Below, piece by piece: positions 8,969 through 22,800 of a DNA stretch of 64,000 bases. A program made the translations under genes and the position numbers. How positions within the stretch are numbered: the first letter of the stretch is position 1; the number at the start of each line of letters is the position of its first letter. Below the pieces are notes generated by a model. That model saw only the letters and a list, made by a program, of their open reading frames with translations. It was not told where the DNA came from and did not search any database. This stretch comes from a virus (lineage: Duplodnaviria; Heunggongvirae; Uroviricota; Caudoviricetes), in IMG/VR virus record IMGVR_UViG_3300014932_000131, one strand, 5' to 3'.

Positions 8969-11900
8969 CTACCTAATAAATCCAGATTGAGATTGTGCTT
9001 TAATACCAAGGTCTTTAGACATCTCTGGGAAGAGCATTGGTAAATATGCCCCCACTTGAGAAGTTACAGGGAATTGTTTCATTGCATATTTAAGTACAAA
9101 GTTCTTTTTAACTTTCTTTTCATCTCCTGTATATAGATAGAACATCTCTTTACCAAAGTTAGTAATCAATGTTCTGAAGTTATCTATAGTTCCCATAGCA
9201 GGGAATATACCTGTAGATACAAGACCAGATACACTGGTTGGATCATAGAAATATGTAATCTCATCTTTGAACTTATCAGCAGCTCTCATCATGAATTTAT
9301 ATTGATTGATCACTCTTTTATCTTCTCCTTTACCAGGAGCACCTGCTTTTAATCCAAGTACCAAAGCCCACATACTTATAAAGAATAAAGCATCCACAGC
9401 TGCAGATTTAGCATTCTGATTAACCATATTTAAGAACTCACCCTCAGTCATTTGTAATTCCTTACCTGTATCAGCTTTATAATCAGCGGCTTTCTTTTCA
9501 TATAAATCTCTCATTTGAGAAACCCATTTTTCATCATTTCCTCTAATAGCACTTTGAAAGCTATCTAATGATTTTAATACATCATCAGTAATCACTCTAT
9601 ACATCATTCTCATTCTTCCCCACTCATATGCATCTGAAGCTGAGTTATATTTTAAGTTACCAAGTCTTACATCTACTAGTCTAGGAATCCAGTTCTTAAA
9701 CATCATAAATGATGACCCATATATAGTTTGATTAATTGGACGAATGTCATCAGGTGAAAGAGATCCTAATGCATCTTTAGTTAATGACATTACATTCTTT
9801 CTTAAATCTACTACAGATTGAGATTTTCTGTCAACACCTGGTATAACTAATTGACCATCAACTATACTAGATAGTTTCATAACTCCTTTAGTTTCTACAA
9901 GCTTTTTAACATCCTCTTCAAACTTATTTTGTCTAGCTTTTCTTTCATCTTTTGTACCAGCAAACATATCTTTATATTCATCTGTACTTCTTAAATATTG
10001 TCTAGCATTTACCACCTCTCCATCTTGTACAATAGAATTCTTTAAGAAGCTATAGAAATTAGTTGTCTGTACATTCAAATCAGATTTTCTCATAAGAGTC
10101 ATTAAGAAATCTTGAATGTTTTCTTGACTTAACTTACTGACAGACAAGTCTTTAGCTATATGTTGATTATAACTCTCTGTAAGAGGAAGAAAATATTCTA
10201 ATGCTGCAATAGCTTTCTTTTTATCTCCACCAATCATCTTACCAGTCATTAACCAAGTTTGTGTACCTAGATAGTCTGCTTTAGTAAAATACTTACCAGA
10301 GTTAATTACAGATTGAGCATTACCACCAAAGTAGTTAGATGCTGAAGATAGTAGGTTTAACCCTAATGCTTTTATTTGATAGTTATGATTAATACTTTGA
10401 ATTAGTTTATTAAAACTAACTTGTCTTCCTTCTAGATTCTCTGGAAATATTTTGTAGCCAATTTTCTTATTAATTCTTTCTCCAAAATCACCAAACTTAG
10501 TTAGTAATTGGTCAAAGCTTTCACTTGTTAAATACTTCTGTCCATAGATAATAGACTTCATCATATCTTCTAAAAGCTTAGTGTTTTCACTATTATCTGG
10601 TGTATAAACAAGCTCACCATCTTTATATTCTGTTTTACCAAATACAGATGTAGCAATAGCTTTTTTATTTCTTTCTGTATTTACCAAAGATTGTACTTGC
10701 TCTTCAATTTCATTTATGTATTTATACTTAAGAGCCATCTCATTATATAAAGCCATATTTTTAAATAAGTCAGTACTTACATCTCCTTCAATCTCTTTTG
10801 TAAAGTATTTAGGAATAGTATTGATAGGTTTACCTGTAATAGGATCAAATGAACCAAATCCTATATCTCCTTCACTAATAGATATACTTCTTAAAAATTG
10901 TTCTCCTAAAGAAACTTTACCACCAAATATAAACTTCTCTATTAATCCTTTTCTAATAAATGGAAGAAATGTTCTAGCTTCTCCTTTATCGATATAACCA
11001 AGATCAGCATACTCATTATTCTTTTCTATAATATAATTATAGAAAGCTTTAGCTGCTGGAGTGCTTTGTAATTCTTTCCATTCTGTAGTTTCCCATGACT
11101 GTTTAGGAAACTTATTCATTAATTTATATTGTAACCAACCAGTGCCTACATTAGTAGAGGTATCATATTGTCTCTTCATATTAGAGATTTCATCAGCTTC
11201 AGCTTTTAAATTCTCTATATCTGTTCCCACTCTACTAGCAAATTTACCTTCAATTCTTTCAGTTTCTTCTTGTATTTTTTCTTGAAGAAACTGCTTATAT
11301 GCATCTACATCTATATTATCCTTAATCCATTTTACATCTTTATCATTAATCTTTTGTTTTAATGTATTATAAAATTCAGGACTATACTGATCAATAAGCT
11401 CATTACTATCTTTTTTCTTAATTAGATTAAAGTAGTCTTTAGGAGCTAATCCTTTAGCCTTAGCTATAGTTACATATTCTTCCTGTAACTTTTGTAGTTT
11501 TCTAGTTTCAGCAAGTGTATCAAATCCAGCAAAAGCAAGAGCTTTGTTTGCTTTATTAAATAACACTTGGATAGCTTTGCTTTGGAAGGTGGAAGTTGTA
11601 CCAAACCATCTACCTATTCCTTTAATAATCTTTTCAGGAGATAATATATCATCTACATCTGCACTATTAGCAACTATATCATTATTAAATTCATCAGAAA
11701 CTTCTTGTAATTGAACTTGTAAATCTCTAGCATTATCTGTAGTATCTCTTAAATCACTTTTAAGTTTCTTATCTTCTTCAGATAAGTCTCCTTGGAATAA
11801 GAATTTAAGTTCTGTATCTAGATTAGTATAAATAGAGATAGTCTTTTGAGCATTATTAAACTCTCTACTCATATCATTTAACTCCTTCTCACTGAATGAC

Positions 11901-13888
11901 TTAGGATCTTTACCTTTAAATTTATCCTCATACTTCTGTATCATATTCTCTAGCTGTCTGTTTAATACTTTAGCTTGAGTTAATAAAGGAGCAAGGTCAC
12001 CTCTCATTTGTAACTGTCTGATACTCTTAAATAAAATAGTTAATTGATCATTTTTACTAAGTCTTTCTGAAGGAGTTATACCTTTCTTAGCAAGTCTTTC
12101 GTATTCACTATTAAGTTTAACTAATAAAGCATCAATCTTTTTATTACCAGTAGTTTCTTCTTTAAGACCTAATGGAATCAAATAATCTTTATTAATGTTT
12201 TCAACATTAACATCTCCTATCTCAACTTCTAAAAGTTTAGGAATTTGTTTAGTAGTTAGGTTCATTTGTTCATACCTAGCTCTAATAGGAACCATTCTTG
12301 TTTGATCAAAGTCTTTTGCATTAACTCCATATCCAGCTTCAAGAATAAGCTTATATTGAGTCATTTGTTTTCTCCAAGATTGTATATAGTATGGAGGTAA
12401 ATCTTTGTTCTTAGTAACATCAATATCTATAAACTTCCAGTCAAGTATATTTACTTTTCCTTCAGGAGTGATAGCTAAGAAATCTATAGTACCAGCTACA
12501 TTTCTTTTAGCATCGTACACTGTCACCTCAGACATAAACTTAGTTCCCTTAGGAAATGTGTTTAATCTTTGCTCTAAGTTATTCTTAAGTGTATCATAAA
12601 AGTCTCTGCTCTCAGGGTTTAATTGAGATGTATAGTTTGAATCATCTAATGGTTCATCTCTTAAATTACCATCTTTATCTACAAATGTACCAAAAGCATT
12701 TTCAATATCAGCATGTCCTTTTGTACCATTAACTGCTTTCTCCTCATCAACCAATGCTTTATATTCAGACTTATTTAATTCATTAGCTTTAAATAAATCA
12801 TAATTAGAAGCTTTTACAAGTTCAGTAACTCTCTTAGTTTTTTTATCATTTACATAATAACCATCATCTCTTTTATCTATCTTAGTTGTACCATCTATAA
12901 TCTTCTTATATATCTCATCTTGAGATGTTCTCTGTAAATATACATTATTCTCAGCTTCTCTAATATCTTGAGCTGTACCAATAGCTTCTCCAGACATCAC
13001 CTTAAGAGCTGCTTGGTCCATACCAGATTTAACAAATAGACTCTTAATAGCATTAACTATCTTCTCCCACCAGCTTTCCACCTTAGCTAAGTTCTCAGGT
13101 ATTTCTGTCTTACCTTCAGCTTTTTGAATGATAGTTTCAGCTAGCACCTTAGCAATAGCTTCTTCTTTTAACTTAATAACATCAGGTTTACCTTCCTTAG
13201 TTTGATAGTTCTTATCTCCAGCATATGTCTTAAATACATTATTAAGCATAGCATAACTATTAATCTCCTTCAACAACTGATTGTATAAAGCTGGATTGGT
13301 TTGTTTAATAATAGCTACAGCAAAGTGCATAGCTTCCTCAGGTAATGCTGTAGCTTCTTTACCTTCTACAACCTGTACTAATTTCTGCATGATTACAGCA
13401 GCACCATTAGCATCTTGCTTAACACCATTTACAACAATTGCTTGTAATGTTTTAATATCAACATCAATTCTTTTTAAGAAATCTTTGATTGCTGATATGG
13501 TTTGAGGAGAAGCAATAGATGAAGGAACTTCTTCTTTTTGAAAAAACTCACCTCTTTGATCTTCTGTATATCCACCTCTTTCTTTATCAGCTTCTATTAA
13601 TAGATTAGCTTCATCTCTTAACTTATTCTCATAATGAGTAAGATATTGTTGTGTTAAATCTTCTGAAGGATCAATATAATAATGAGTTTTACTAACTACA
13701 CTAGGAGTGATAACATCTTCATTAAAGCTTTTATTAACCTTTCTAGCAGATTCAGCAGCTTCTCTAGCATCAGTAATTTCAAGAGTGTCTCTTTGATCAA
13801 GAGCCTCTTTAAATCCACCATAGCTTAAAGCATCTTTTTTAGCTTTATCAATAATGTCATACTTAATATCTACTAAACATTTACTCAT
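8969..13888 (-). CDS. Large virion/cargo protein (1639 aa) with a central PD-(D/E)xK nuclease-like core and a C-terminal hydrophobic helix
   Basis: aa ~430-520 (nt ~12360-12560): AGTIDFLAITPEGKVNILDWKF (D...D-x-K) followed by RKQMTQYKL (QxxxY), as in the lambda-exo/YqaJ/RecB-family fold. C-terminal FFISMWALVLGLKAGAPG hydrophobic segment. Lys/Glu-rich coiled regions. Confidence 0.55.
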   Translation of the reverse strand: MSKCLVDIKYDIIDKAKKDALSYGGFKEALDQRDTLEITDAREAAESARKVNKSFNEDVITPSVVSKTHYYIDPSEDLTQQYLTHYENKLRDEANLLIEADKERGGYTEDQRGEFFQKEEVPSSIASPQTISAIKDFLKRIDVDIKTLQAIVVNGVKQDANGAAVIMQKLVQVVEGKEATALPEEAMHFAVAIIKQTNPALYNQLLKEINSYAMLNNVFKTYAGDKNYQTKEGKPDVIKLKEEAIAKVLAETIIQKAEGKTEIPENLAKVESWWEKIVNAIKSLFVKSGMDQAALKVMSGEAIGTAQDIREAENNVYLQRTSQDEIYKKIIDGTTKIDKRDDGYYVNDKKTKRVTELVKASNYDLFKANELNKSEYKALVDEEKAVNGTKGHADIENAFGTFVDKDGNLRDEPLDDSNYTSQLNPESRDFYDTLKNNLEQRLNTFPKGTKFMSEVTVYDAKRNVAGTIDFLAITPEGKVNILDWKFIDIDVTKNKDLPPYYIQSWRKQMTQYKLILEAGYGVNAKDFDQTRMVPIRARYEQMNLTTKQIPKLLEVEIGDVNVENINKDYLIPLGLKEETTGNKKIDALLVKLNSEYERLAKKGITPSERLSKNDQLTILFKSIRQLQMRGDLAPLLTQAKVLNRQLENMIQKYEDKFKGKDPKSFSEKELNDMSREFNNAQKTISIYTNLDTELKFLFQGDLSEEDKKLKSDLRDTTDNARDLQVQLQEVSDEFNNDIVANSADVDDILSPEKIIKGIGRWFGTTSTFQSKAIQVLFNKANKALAFAGFDTLAETRKLQKLQEEYVTIAKAKGLAPKDYFNLIKKKDSNELIDQYSPEFYNTLKQKINDKDVKWIKDNIDVDAYKQFLQEKIQEETERIEGKFASRVGTDIENLKAEADEISNMKRQYDTSTNVGTGWLQYKLMNKFPKQSWETTEWKELQSTPAAKAFYNYIIEKNNEYADLGYIDKGEARTFLPFIRKGLIEKFIFGGKVSLGEQFLRSISISEGDIGFGSFDPITGKPINTIPKYFTKEIEGDVSTDLFKNMALYNEMALKYKYINEIEEQVQSLVNTERNKKAIATSVFGKTEYKDGELVYTPDNSENTKLLEDMMKSIIYGQKYLTSESFDQLLTKFGDFGERINKKIGYKIFPENLEGRQVSFNKLIQSINHNYQIKALGLNLLSSASNYFGGNAQSVINSGKYFTKADYLGTQTWLMTGKMIGGDKKKAIAALEYFLPLTESYNQHIAKDLSVSKLSQENIQDFLMTLMRKSDLNVQTTNFYSFLKNSIVQDGEVVNARQYLRSTDEYKDMFAGTKDERKARQNKFEEDVKKLVETKGVMKLSSIVDGQLVIPGVDRKSQSVVDLRKNVMSLTKDALGSLSPDDIRPINQTIYGSSFMMFKNWIPRLVDVRLGNLKYNSASDAYEWGRMRMMYRVITDDVLKSLDSFQSAIRGNDEKWVSQMRDLYEKKAADYKADTGKELQMTEGEFLNMVNQNAKSAAVDALFFISMWALVLGLKAGAPGKGEDKRVINQYKFMMRAADKFKDEITYFYDPTSVSGLVSTGIFPAMGTIDNFRTLITNFGKEMFYLYTGDEKKVKKNFVLKYAMKQFPVTSQVGAYLPMLFPEMSKDLGIKAQSQSGFIR

Positions 13889-16800
13889 TATGCACAGTTA
13901 TTTTGGTTATCGTCCTCAATTGCTGGTAATCCTTCAGGAGCTATTTCCTTTCCTCTAGTTTGTGAAGGTACAATTTCTTCATCAGCTTTTTCTGAAAAAT
14001 ATGCAATTATATTTGCATCAGGAACTTCACTTTGAATTTTAATAGTACCATTGTTTATTGCTGATTGTCTAGCATCAGTATACATTTCTGTAGCATATTG
14101 CCCATCTCCCCAAAGGTTGATTGCTTTATACAAATACTTATTACCAACCATCAATGGTTCTCCATTACTATATTTAACCTTTTGAAAGCCCATTACATCA
14201 TTTAAAGATGTATCACCTGCAGCTTTTCTTTTAGCATAGTCAGAACGATTTACAGGCTTACTATCAATAATATCAATACTATCTTTACCATTTTTAACCA
14301 CTCTAGGAATTAATATGTAATCACTACCTACGTCAAGGAAATGAGCATATCTATCAAGCATTAGAATATTTCTAGCTCCTGTTTCTGATAATCCATTTAA
14401 TACTGGTAATTGATCAAATTGAATATCATAAACATAATCTCCTTGTTGATTAAATCCTTCGTTATAAAACTCTGGTACTAAGTTAGTTATCTTTGTAAAC
14501 ACATTCTCATCATTCCAGTTATTTCTTTCAAATGCTCCTTTACTAAAGTTATCTGCATTCAAATCAGAGCTAACTGAATCAATTGCTGGTTTAACCTTAT
14601 TAGCATAATCTTCAATAGGAATAATATTTTTAATAGAGATAGCTGATTGGTAGGTTCCTTGAAGAATAGCTACATCAACAATTCTATTATATAAACCATT
14701 TGTAGCTGGGTTATCTCTAAGCTCTCTCATCATACCAGTGTACAAGTTCTCATCAAAAGCATCTTTAAGATTAGCTTTTAATTTAATACTAGTAGCACCT
14801 CCTATTCTATCAGATGATACAGCTACTAAGTTATTAAGAATCTCCATTTCAGGATGAGCTTTTCTTACCTTAGCTAATTCGCTAGCAACAGAAGTCTCAG
14901 GATTAATTAATAACTCATTGATTCTATCATTCAATCCTGTTTTAGTTTGAGTGATGTAATCAACAAAAGATGACTTAATCTTTACAGCTATCTTATCAAA
15001 ATCATCAGCACCTAAATATTCATCTTGTATATACTTATCCAATACCTTATTAGTGATAACTGAGTAGTCTAATTGATCAAGTTTTAATATAGATCCTAAA
15101 GAGTTTATAGACGCTTGAGTTAACTCAGCTTGCTTACCTATGTGTGAATTCTTTAATATGTCTTTTGCAGATGTAAATATATTTGAATCTTCAGCTACAT
15201 CAGTTCTCAACATCTTCTTATTCATAGCTTCAGTACTCTTGAACCTAGTGGTATCATAGTTAGTAGCTTGTGTAAGTTTAAATAAGTATTGAGCCATCTT
15301 ATTATATTTCAAGAACTCAGCCAATATCTTTTGTTGTTCTACATTATCAATTGCCTTTTTCTCTGAATAGTAGGTTTTAATATTAGTAGCAAGATTCTTA
15401 AGTTCTATTTTTGCAGCTCCTACCTTTTTAACATCAGCAGGGAACATACCACGAATATAGTCTAAATTCTTTTTGCTGTATATAGATTTAGAATCAATAC
15501 TATCTAGATATTTTAAGTATTCTTTAACAATAGGTTGATTCATAAATAAAGCACTAGTCTTTAAAGGAGTTCCTATTCTTGTTAAGAACATGAATGTATT
15601 TACAGCAAGATTACTATTAATCACCTTAAGAATGTATGGATTCTTAGCTACATCCACAAATGATGTGATGAATCCAGATAGGTTATCAGAAATGTATTTA
15701 TTAGCCTTATCCTTAATTCCAGATAAAGAGATTCTTTCCTTACCATCAATAGTTATCTTATTATGAGGAAGAGCTATTTGACCATTGCCTAATATCTTCT
15801 TCTCATATGCAGATAATAAAGCAAGCTTAACAGGATCAAGATAGGTTTGAACTTTTTGAGCTAATGAATGATTTGTAATATTCACAGCACCAATACCAAC
15901 CCACTTCTTAGCAATTATAAACGCATGTCTTAATGCTGTTAAATAATTACCATCAAGCAATCTGTTCTTCACCTTAGTTTCATCTATACCCATAAGCTTA
16001 TCTAATTGCTTAGATACATCTTCTAATCCACCATCAGACACAGGATTAACTAATCTATCATAGTTCTCAGGAAGAGTTAATAACTTCTCAATACTATCAA
16101 AGTATTCATTCTCAAGGGATTGCTTATATAATCTATCTGCTAATTTACCATAATCATCTTCTGTAGCAGCTACTGTTCTTTCATTAATATCAAATATACT
16201 TTCAAGGTCTTCTTTTAATATGAACTTCTTAATAGCTTCTTTAGCTTTGTCACCATATCCAAAGAAAGGAACTTGCTTTAACTGACCTTTAGAATTGATG
16301 TATGTATTCTTTAAATACATATTTAACTTATCTATATCAAAGTCAGATCCAGCTATTTTGGTAATTTCAGAAGGTACTACCACTGTAGCTCCCATGAACT
16401 GTGGTAAGAATCCTTTGATTTTAAATACCATTATAGAACTTAAAGCCTGTGTAGGAATACGGAAACCTATACCTTTAAGAATTGATTCATTCTCAGGTTT
16501 GTTTAAATATGTTAATAATTCTTCATCTGATTTAAATCCAGCTTTCTTAAACTGATCTTTAAATTGATGAGGAACTAAAATTTCCATATAAGGATTCTCT
16601 TTACTATAAGACTTAAGACTACCATCTGTAAATACCTTCTTACCATTAATTATAGTAACTCCTCTTTTTTCTCCAGACTTTTCCCATAATGTCACAGCAG
16701 TTTGCACTGCAGATAAACCATTCATTTTAGGAGAGATAAGAGCTTTATTTACCATAGAGTAAAGAATACTTCTAACTTGTTCATATTCAGGAGTAGCTTC

Positions 16801-19800
16801 AAATGGAACCATCCATTGACCATTCTCATCAAGACGTAATGTATCTTTAACATTATCAGATGAATCTCTCTTTAACATTTCTTGTTCAAGAGCTTCAGCT
16901 GTAGCTTTTCTATCTACAATGTTATATCCATCTCCAAGATCTTCAATACCTAATCTATCTAATAACTGTGTATAAGCTTCTACATGTAATCCATCTAATG
17001 CATCATTATGACGTTTATATTCTATACCAGCTTTTTCACTTACAGGAGCACCATTTTCAAATATATCTATAGTAGCTATCTTAGTAGTTTGAGAACCACG
17101 TGTTTGTGCTTTAGGCTTTTCATAGCTATTCTCCACTTGAAGACCATAGGTTTTCCAAGCTACAGAAACATTATTATTAAATGGTTCTGTATTAAAACTA
17201 CCATCTTCATTATATAAACTATACTTTCCTTCAGATCCTACCTTTCTACCAGATTCAAATACAACATAACCTTTCTCTTCCTCAAACATCTTAATATATA
17301 AATTTGCTAAATTAGTTCCTTCAATAGCTTTATAATATAAAGGCATTTGAGAGAACTTATCTAGCACCATATCAAATTGGTTTTTACCATATTTGTTACC
17401 AGATACAATAGGTTTTAATACATCTACAACATATTCAGGCTTAGGAGTTTTAAGAAGTTCTTCATCATGAGCTCTTAATTTCTCATTCTTTCCATAGGTC
17501 CACTTAACATCATCTCTCTTATCAAGAGCTTGTCTTGTGTAAGCCATTTGCCATTGATGCCATGATTCAGCAGTCTTATCATCCCATTGACCATTTCTAA
17601 GTTTAGAATCTCTCCATGCAGTATCTATAATCATAGAAGCAGCATCAGCCTCATTTATATCACCATTAACTGTTATATCTTCAAGAGTAACAGTATCTAT
17701 GAAAGATTTAAATAAATGATAGCCAGGCTCACCAGGTTTTAAATTAATATCACCAGCTTTATTATACTGCTGATTGTGGAATGTATTAAATTCAGGACTA
17801 TCAAAGGTTGTTCTTCTAGGAGATAAGAAAGACTTAATACGTTTAGTCTCATCTAAGTTACCATTCTTAATAGCAAACTGATATGGATCACCAAATAAAA
17901 TTTTATGCAATTCTATATTATTGATAATATAGTTTGCTCTAGCAAATACCATAAGGTTGTTCACTTGATCTTCTGATAATGAATTCTTGTTTAAACCTTT
18001 AACTGCAGTTAAGCTATCATACTTAAATGTACCATTAGGATTGTCAATAATCTTTTTATTATCCATCAATACCTTCTTGGTAGCTTCTGCATTATCTTGT
18101 ATAAAGGTTTTAACATCTGTATTGATATTAGCAATATTATCATTGATATATGTATTAATATCTTCTTCTGTAGCTTTATTAATAATCAAGCTATTAACTT
18201 TAGATAGAGTCTTACCAGTAAGAATATCTTTAAAGAAACGTAATTCTGTAGCTCTAGGCTTTGTATTATCTAAATAACTTCTGTTGCTTTGTGCTAACGC
18301 TATCTCATCTTTTAAGTATCCTTTAAATGTACTGTAAATAGTATTCCAAGCAATTCCACCATCTACTTCATCATAAGAGATAAGATTACCTAAGTTAATC
18401 ATAAACTCTCTAGAACTATCTGCAGGAATGATTATGTTGTAATTACCATTGATGTTTTGATTAAGTTCTTGAGTAAATCTATTACCAAGAGTTAATCCTG
18501 TAGTACTTGTATTTATATTGTCTCTTTCATTCTTTGTACCATCAATATATGAAATCTTTATTGACTTAATTCTCTTACCAGCAGCATTGAAGAATCTACT
18601 CCAGATAGTGCTATTTGTAGAGAATACATCATTAAGCTCAGGTCTAGCTGATTTCAATTCCTCTATATTATCAGATTCATTAAACTCATTTTCAAATAAA
18701 GAAGGTGCATTATTATTATCAAATGCTTGTGTATTTTCACCTTCTACATTAGGAAATGTACTATCCTGTGAAGGATTTTCTACCTTAACATATAATCTAG
18801 AAAGAGTATTTAACGGACCATCAATAGCTAAAGTCTTAGCAGTAACGCTACCCAATTCTGTTGTTTTTCCAAAGAATGTATGAATAGCTCCAACAGCATC
18901 TGCAAACTCAGTTCTATCTTTATCAGTTAATTTCAAATATGAATCTAATCCAAATGTAACACCAAGCTTACTTAAGAAGTTAGACATTTGTATTGGTGTA
19001 GTGATAGGCACATCAGCAGCACTTACAGTCTTATAAGCTCCTTTAGAATATCTAACAAGAGAACTCATATCAGTAGCTAAGGCTTTTAGATTACTAATCC
19101 AATCATTTTTAGTTTGTTTAATTACACCAAACTGATTAGCTGGAGCTGTATAAACTTCTCCTTCATTATTTATATATTGGATTAATGCATCAGGTCTTTG
19201 CTTTGTAAAGGTTTGGTAGAATTGTACAAACAATCTCCAATCATGTGGTTCAAACTTAGAAAAGTCAATAAACATTCCTTCTCTATCTCCTTTAAGACGA
19301 GTGAACAATCTTACATAATCAGAATCAGTTTTAGCTAAATTAATTAACTTATCTACCATCTTAGTTACACTAGTGGTATTTGCAAGCTTATCTATTACTG
19401 TAGCAAATGCTCTACTAGCATTTAAAAGTTTCAAGAAATACTTATCAGTAGTAGCCACCTTAGGTAGAGATAGTGTAGAACTATTCTGTTGGTTAGTAGG
19501 AACAGTTTCTACTAATGTACCAACTACTATTTTTACAGCAAATGGAGAGTTCTTCTTCCAATCTGTAGTGAATGCTTCAGCAGCATACATTCTATTATTT
19601 ACATTCTCTGCATTGATATTCAACAAGTTATCCTCATCAAATTCAATTTTAAATGTACGTAAGAAATCTTTTGTTTTAAGTACAAGATCAGACCAAGTCT
19701 TTTCTCCAACCACTTTATCTTCTTCTGCATATTCAGCTTTAATAGCATTGAATATTTCTGGAGAGGTCAGATTAGCAATATCATATAATGATCTATTTGT

Positions 19801-22800
19801 ACCAAATACCTTTGCAAAGAATCTAGCAGTGATATCTTTAACTGAATCATTAGTTTCCTTCTCAGTCAATCCTTCAACAGCTCTATATTCAGTGAAGTCA
19901 TTTTTAGCAGACTCAGAAAGTGTAGCTTCTTTAAACTTACCTGTATCAATAGCTTTAAACAACTCCTCTTTTCTAGAAGGTTTATTTACAAACTGCTTAA
20001 AAAAGTTTATAATATCTCTAAAGAAGTTTAGTATTCTTTCACCTATATTTCTAGCAGGAAGTTTACCAAGTCTGAAATCAGCAAAGTCATCAGCTATTCT
20101 TTCCTTAGCTTGTTGATCTGTAGCTTCTTCATAGAATAACATCTTACCAGATTCTCTATCTTTAAACTTACCAGACTTAGCTTTAAATTCATCAAGGATA
20201 GCTTGTTGATTTTCATTAGATAGAAAACCTTTCCACACACCCTCAAATATCTCATGATACTCTGTACCTCTTTCACCACCTTTATAAAACTTAGCTACAC
20301 CATTTTCAAACACACCCCAAGCTTTCTCACCATCATGTGTAGTGATAATATTGCTTAAGATTTCAAAAGGAATATTAGGAACATTCTTAGCATGCCATTC
20401 TCTGAATAAATCAAGTTCTGCATCACTAATTTTATCTACATCTCCTTTACCAAGTACTCTATATTGAGAACCTTTAGGAGGTTTAGATTTACTAAAGTCA
20501 GCTTTATCTTCAACTACAGGAGCTGGTGCAGCTACAACTACAGGAGTTTCAGCTTTAGTTTGAATCTCAGCAGCAATCCTAAGCTTAAGGAAATCTTTAA
20601 CTAACTCAACATCACTCTTACTTGCATCAAATTTATCTACTGCTTTTAACGCATCAATAATTTGATTCATCTTACCCTTATCATTAGCTATATCTGTAAC
20701 TGTTTGATTATCAGATATCTTTATAAATGTATTATTATCAGCATCTTGTGTAGCTGTAAATAGTACAGGACCATTAGATAAATCATAAGTATTTTCTGTA
20801 GTACCATCTAATGTATATCCAGTAGGAGCAACTGGTGTTTCAACAACAGGAGCAGCTGCAGGAGGTAATTGTTCAGGAAGTTCCAATCCTTCTAGAACAG
20901 CATATCTTTGTTTAAAGTTATTTGGAGCAATATCAGTCTTCTCAGCTACATTTGTAGATAGAGGAGTTTCATTAATAGATCTAGTTGTTCCATCAGGATA
21001 AGTATCTGCTAATAAATAAGTTTGATAGTTTGTCCACTTAGAAGTGACTAACTCATCCCCAACCATATGTGGTTCATAGAATGGTTCATTAAACTTCTTA
21101 GTAAGTGTATCATTATTTATATTTTGATAAACACCTTTCAATTGGTCAACTATAGCTTTCTCATTATCAGCAATCTTAGTTAAATCATACTTCTCACTAC
21201 CTAACTCAATGTTCATTGTGTTAGTATTAATGAAGATTTGATTAGCACTATTAGCTCCTTTACTTCTCCAATATAATACATTCTGCAAATATGCAGAGTA
21301 TAACCTATTGATTCTGATTGGTTTACCAGCAGCTAATTGACTATTAACATCAGCAGAGATTTTCTTCAATACCTCAAATACACCTTGTGATTCTTTGTTT
21401 GTAAAAGTTCTACCTCTTACAACTTGTAATGTATCATTATATTGAATCAATGGATAACCAACAGGAACTTTAACTTGTTTTCCTTTATGAAATACAAGTC
21501 CTGTAGTGGATATCTTAACAAGTCCTTCTTGTGTAGATATAATATCACTAGGAACTAATGTCTTACCAATAGAGTTTCTTTGGTTTTGTACTGTTTGAGC
21601 AATACCATTAGACACAGAAAAGTCATACACATTATATCCAGGTGCATCAAATAACTCAGCTCTTTTAACTTTCCATCCAGCAGCTTTAGCTTCAGCTTCT
21701 GTTTTTTGGTCAGCTCTATATCTAGGAACAGGCTTACCATCTTTATCTGTAAACTTATAATATAATTCAGTGGTAGGCATAGTGTTAAACACCACTTTAT
21801 TCATATCCATAGTCTCACCCACCTTAGACACACGTTTACCTTGTTCATCTACAAAGTAAATATTATCACCATCTTGTTCCACATAAACAGCAACTACTAA
21901 ACCATTATCTACATCTGTAGCATCAGCCACTTCAGATAGGGGTTTACCATATTGCATTTCTGCTAGTCCTGCTAATCCAAGAGAGTTCTCTTGATTAGGA
22001 GTAACTAAAATAGCTTTCATTCTAGCTCTATTAGGAAATCCACCAACATTATTCAAGAATGAAATAGCACGTGCTTGATGAGGTTTAGGAACAAAGTCAC
22101 CATCTTCAGCTTGAGAAGTTGTTCCCTCAAACAACACTGAAGCATCTTTAAGCTTACCTTCAAATAGATTAACTATAACAGAAGAATCAACAGTGGCAAC
22201 ATTACCAGAGTTATGTTCAATATCTGCTTGATCTTTATTTATATCATCAGCAAACTTCTGTAGTTTCTCTTGATCAGTTTGAATCCTTTCATATCCTTCT
22301 AATTGACTAGGAATAATGTTTTGAGTCTTACCATTAATATCCTCCACCTTGATTGTACCATCAGCATTATTCTTAATCACTTTCACCTTACCTAAATCAG
22401 CAGATGTTTTATTTATATCATCAGCAGCTGCTTGAGCAGCTTCTTTTGTATCATGAAATGTAATATCTCCATTAGGAGCAGTCACTTGATATCTATCTTC
22501 ATCTTGAACTTTATCTACTTTAGCTTTAGCAGTTTCAGGTAATTGATATTCTCTTCCCTCTTGAGGAGTTTCTGTCTCACCACCTTTATTTGTAAAGTTG
22601 AAAGGACTATCTGGAATATCTGGTGTTTCATCTACTGCCAATGCTTCTTCTGCAGCAGCATCATAATTAGGACCATCTTGATAACCTATATAGTCTTTGA
22701 AATACTTTTCAAATCCTTCTTTATGTTCTTCAGTATTAGCTAGTTTTTTATATTTTTCTATCTCATTATCTAACTGCTTTTGTAACTGAATATTTTCATT

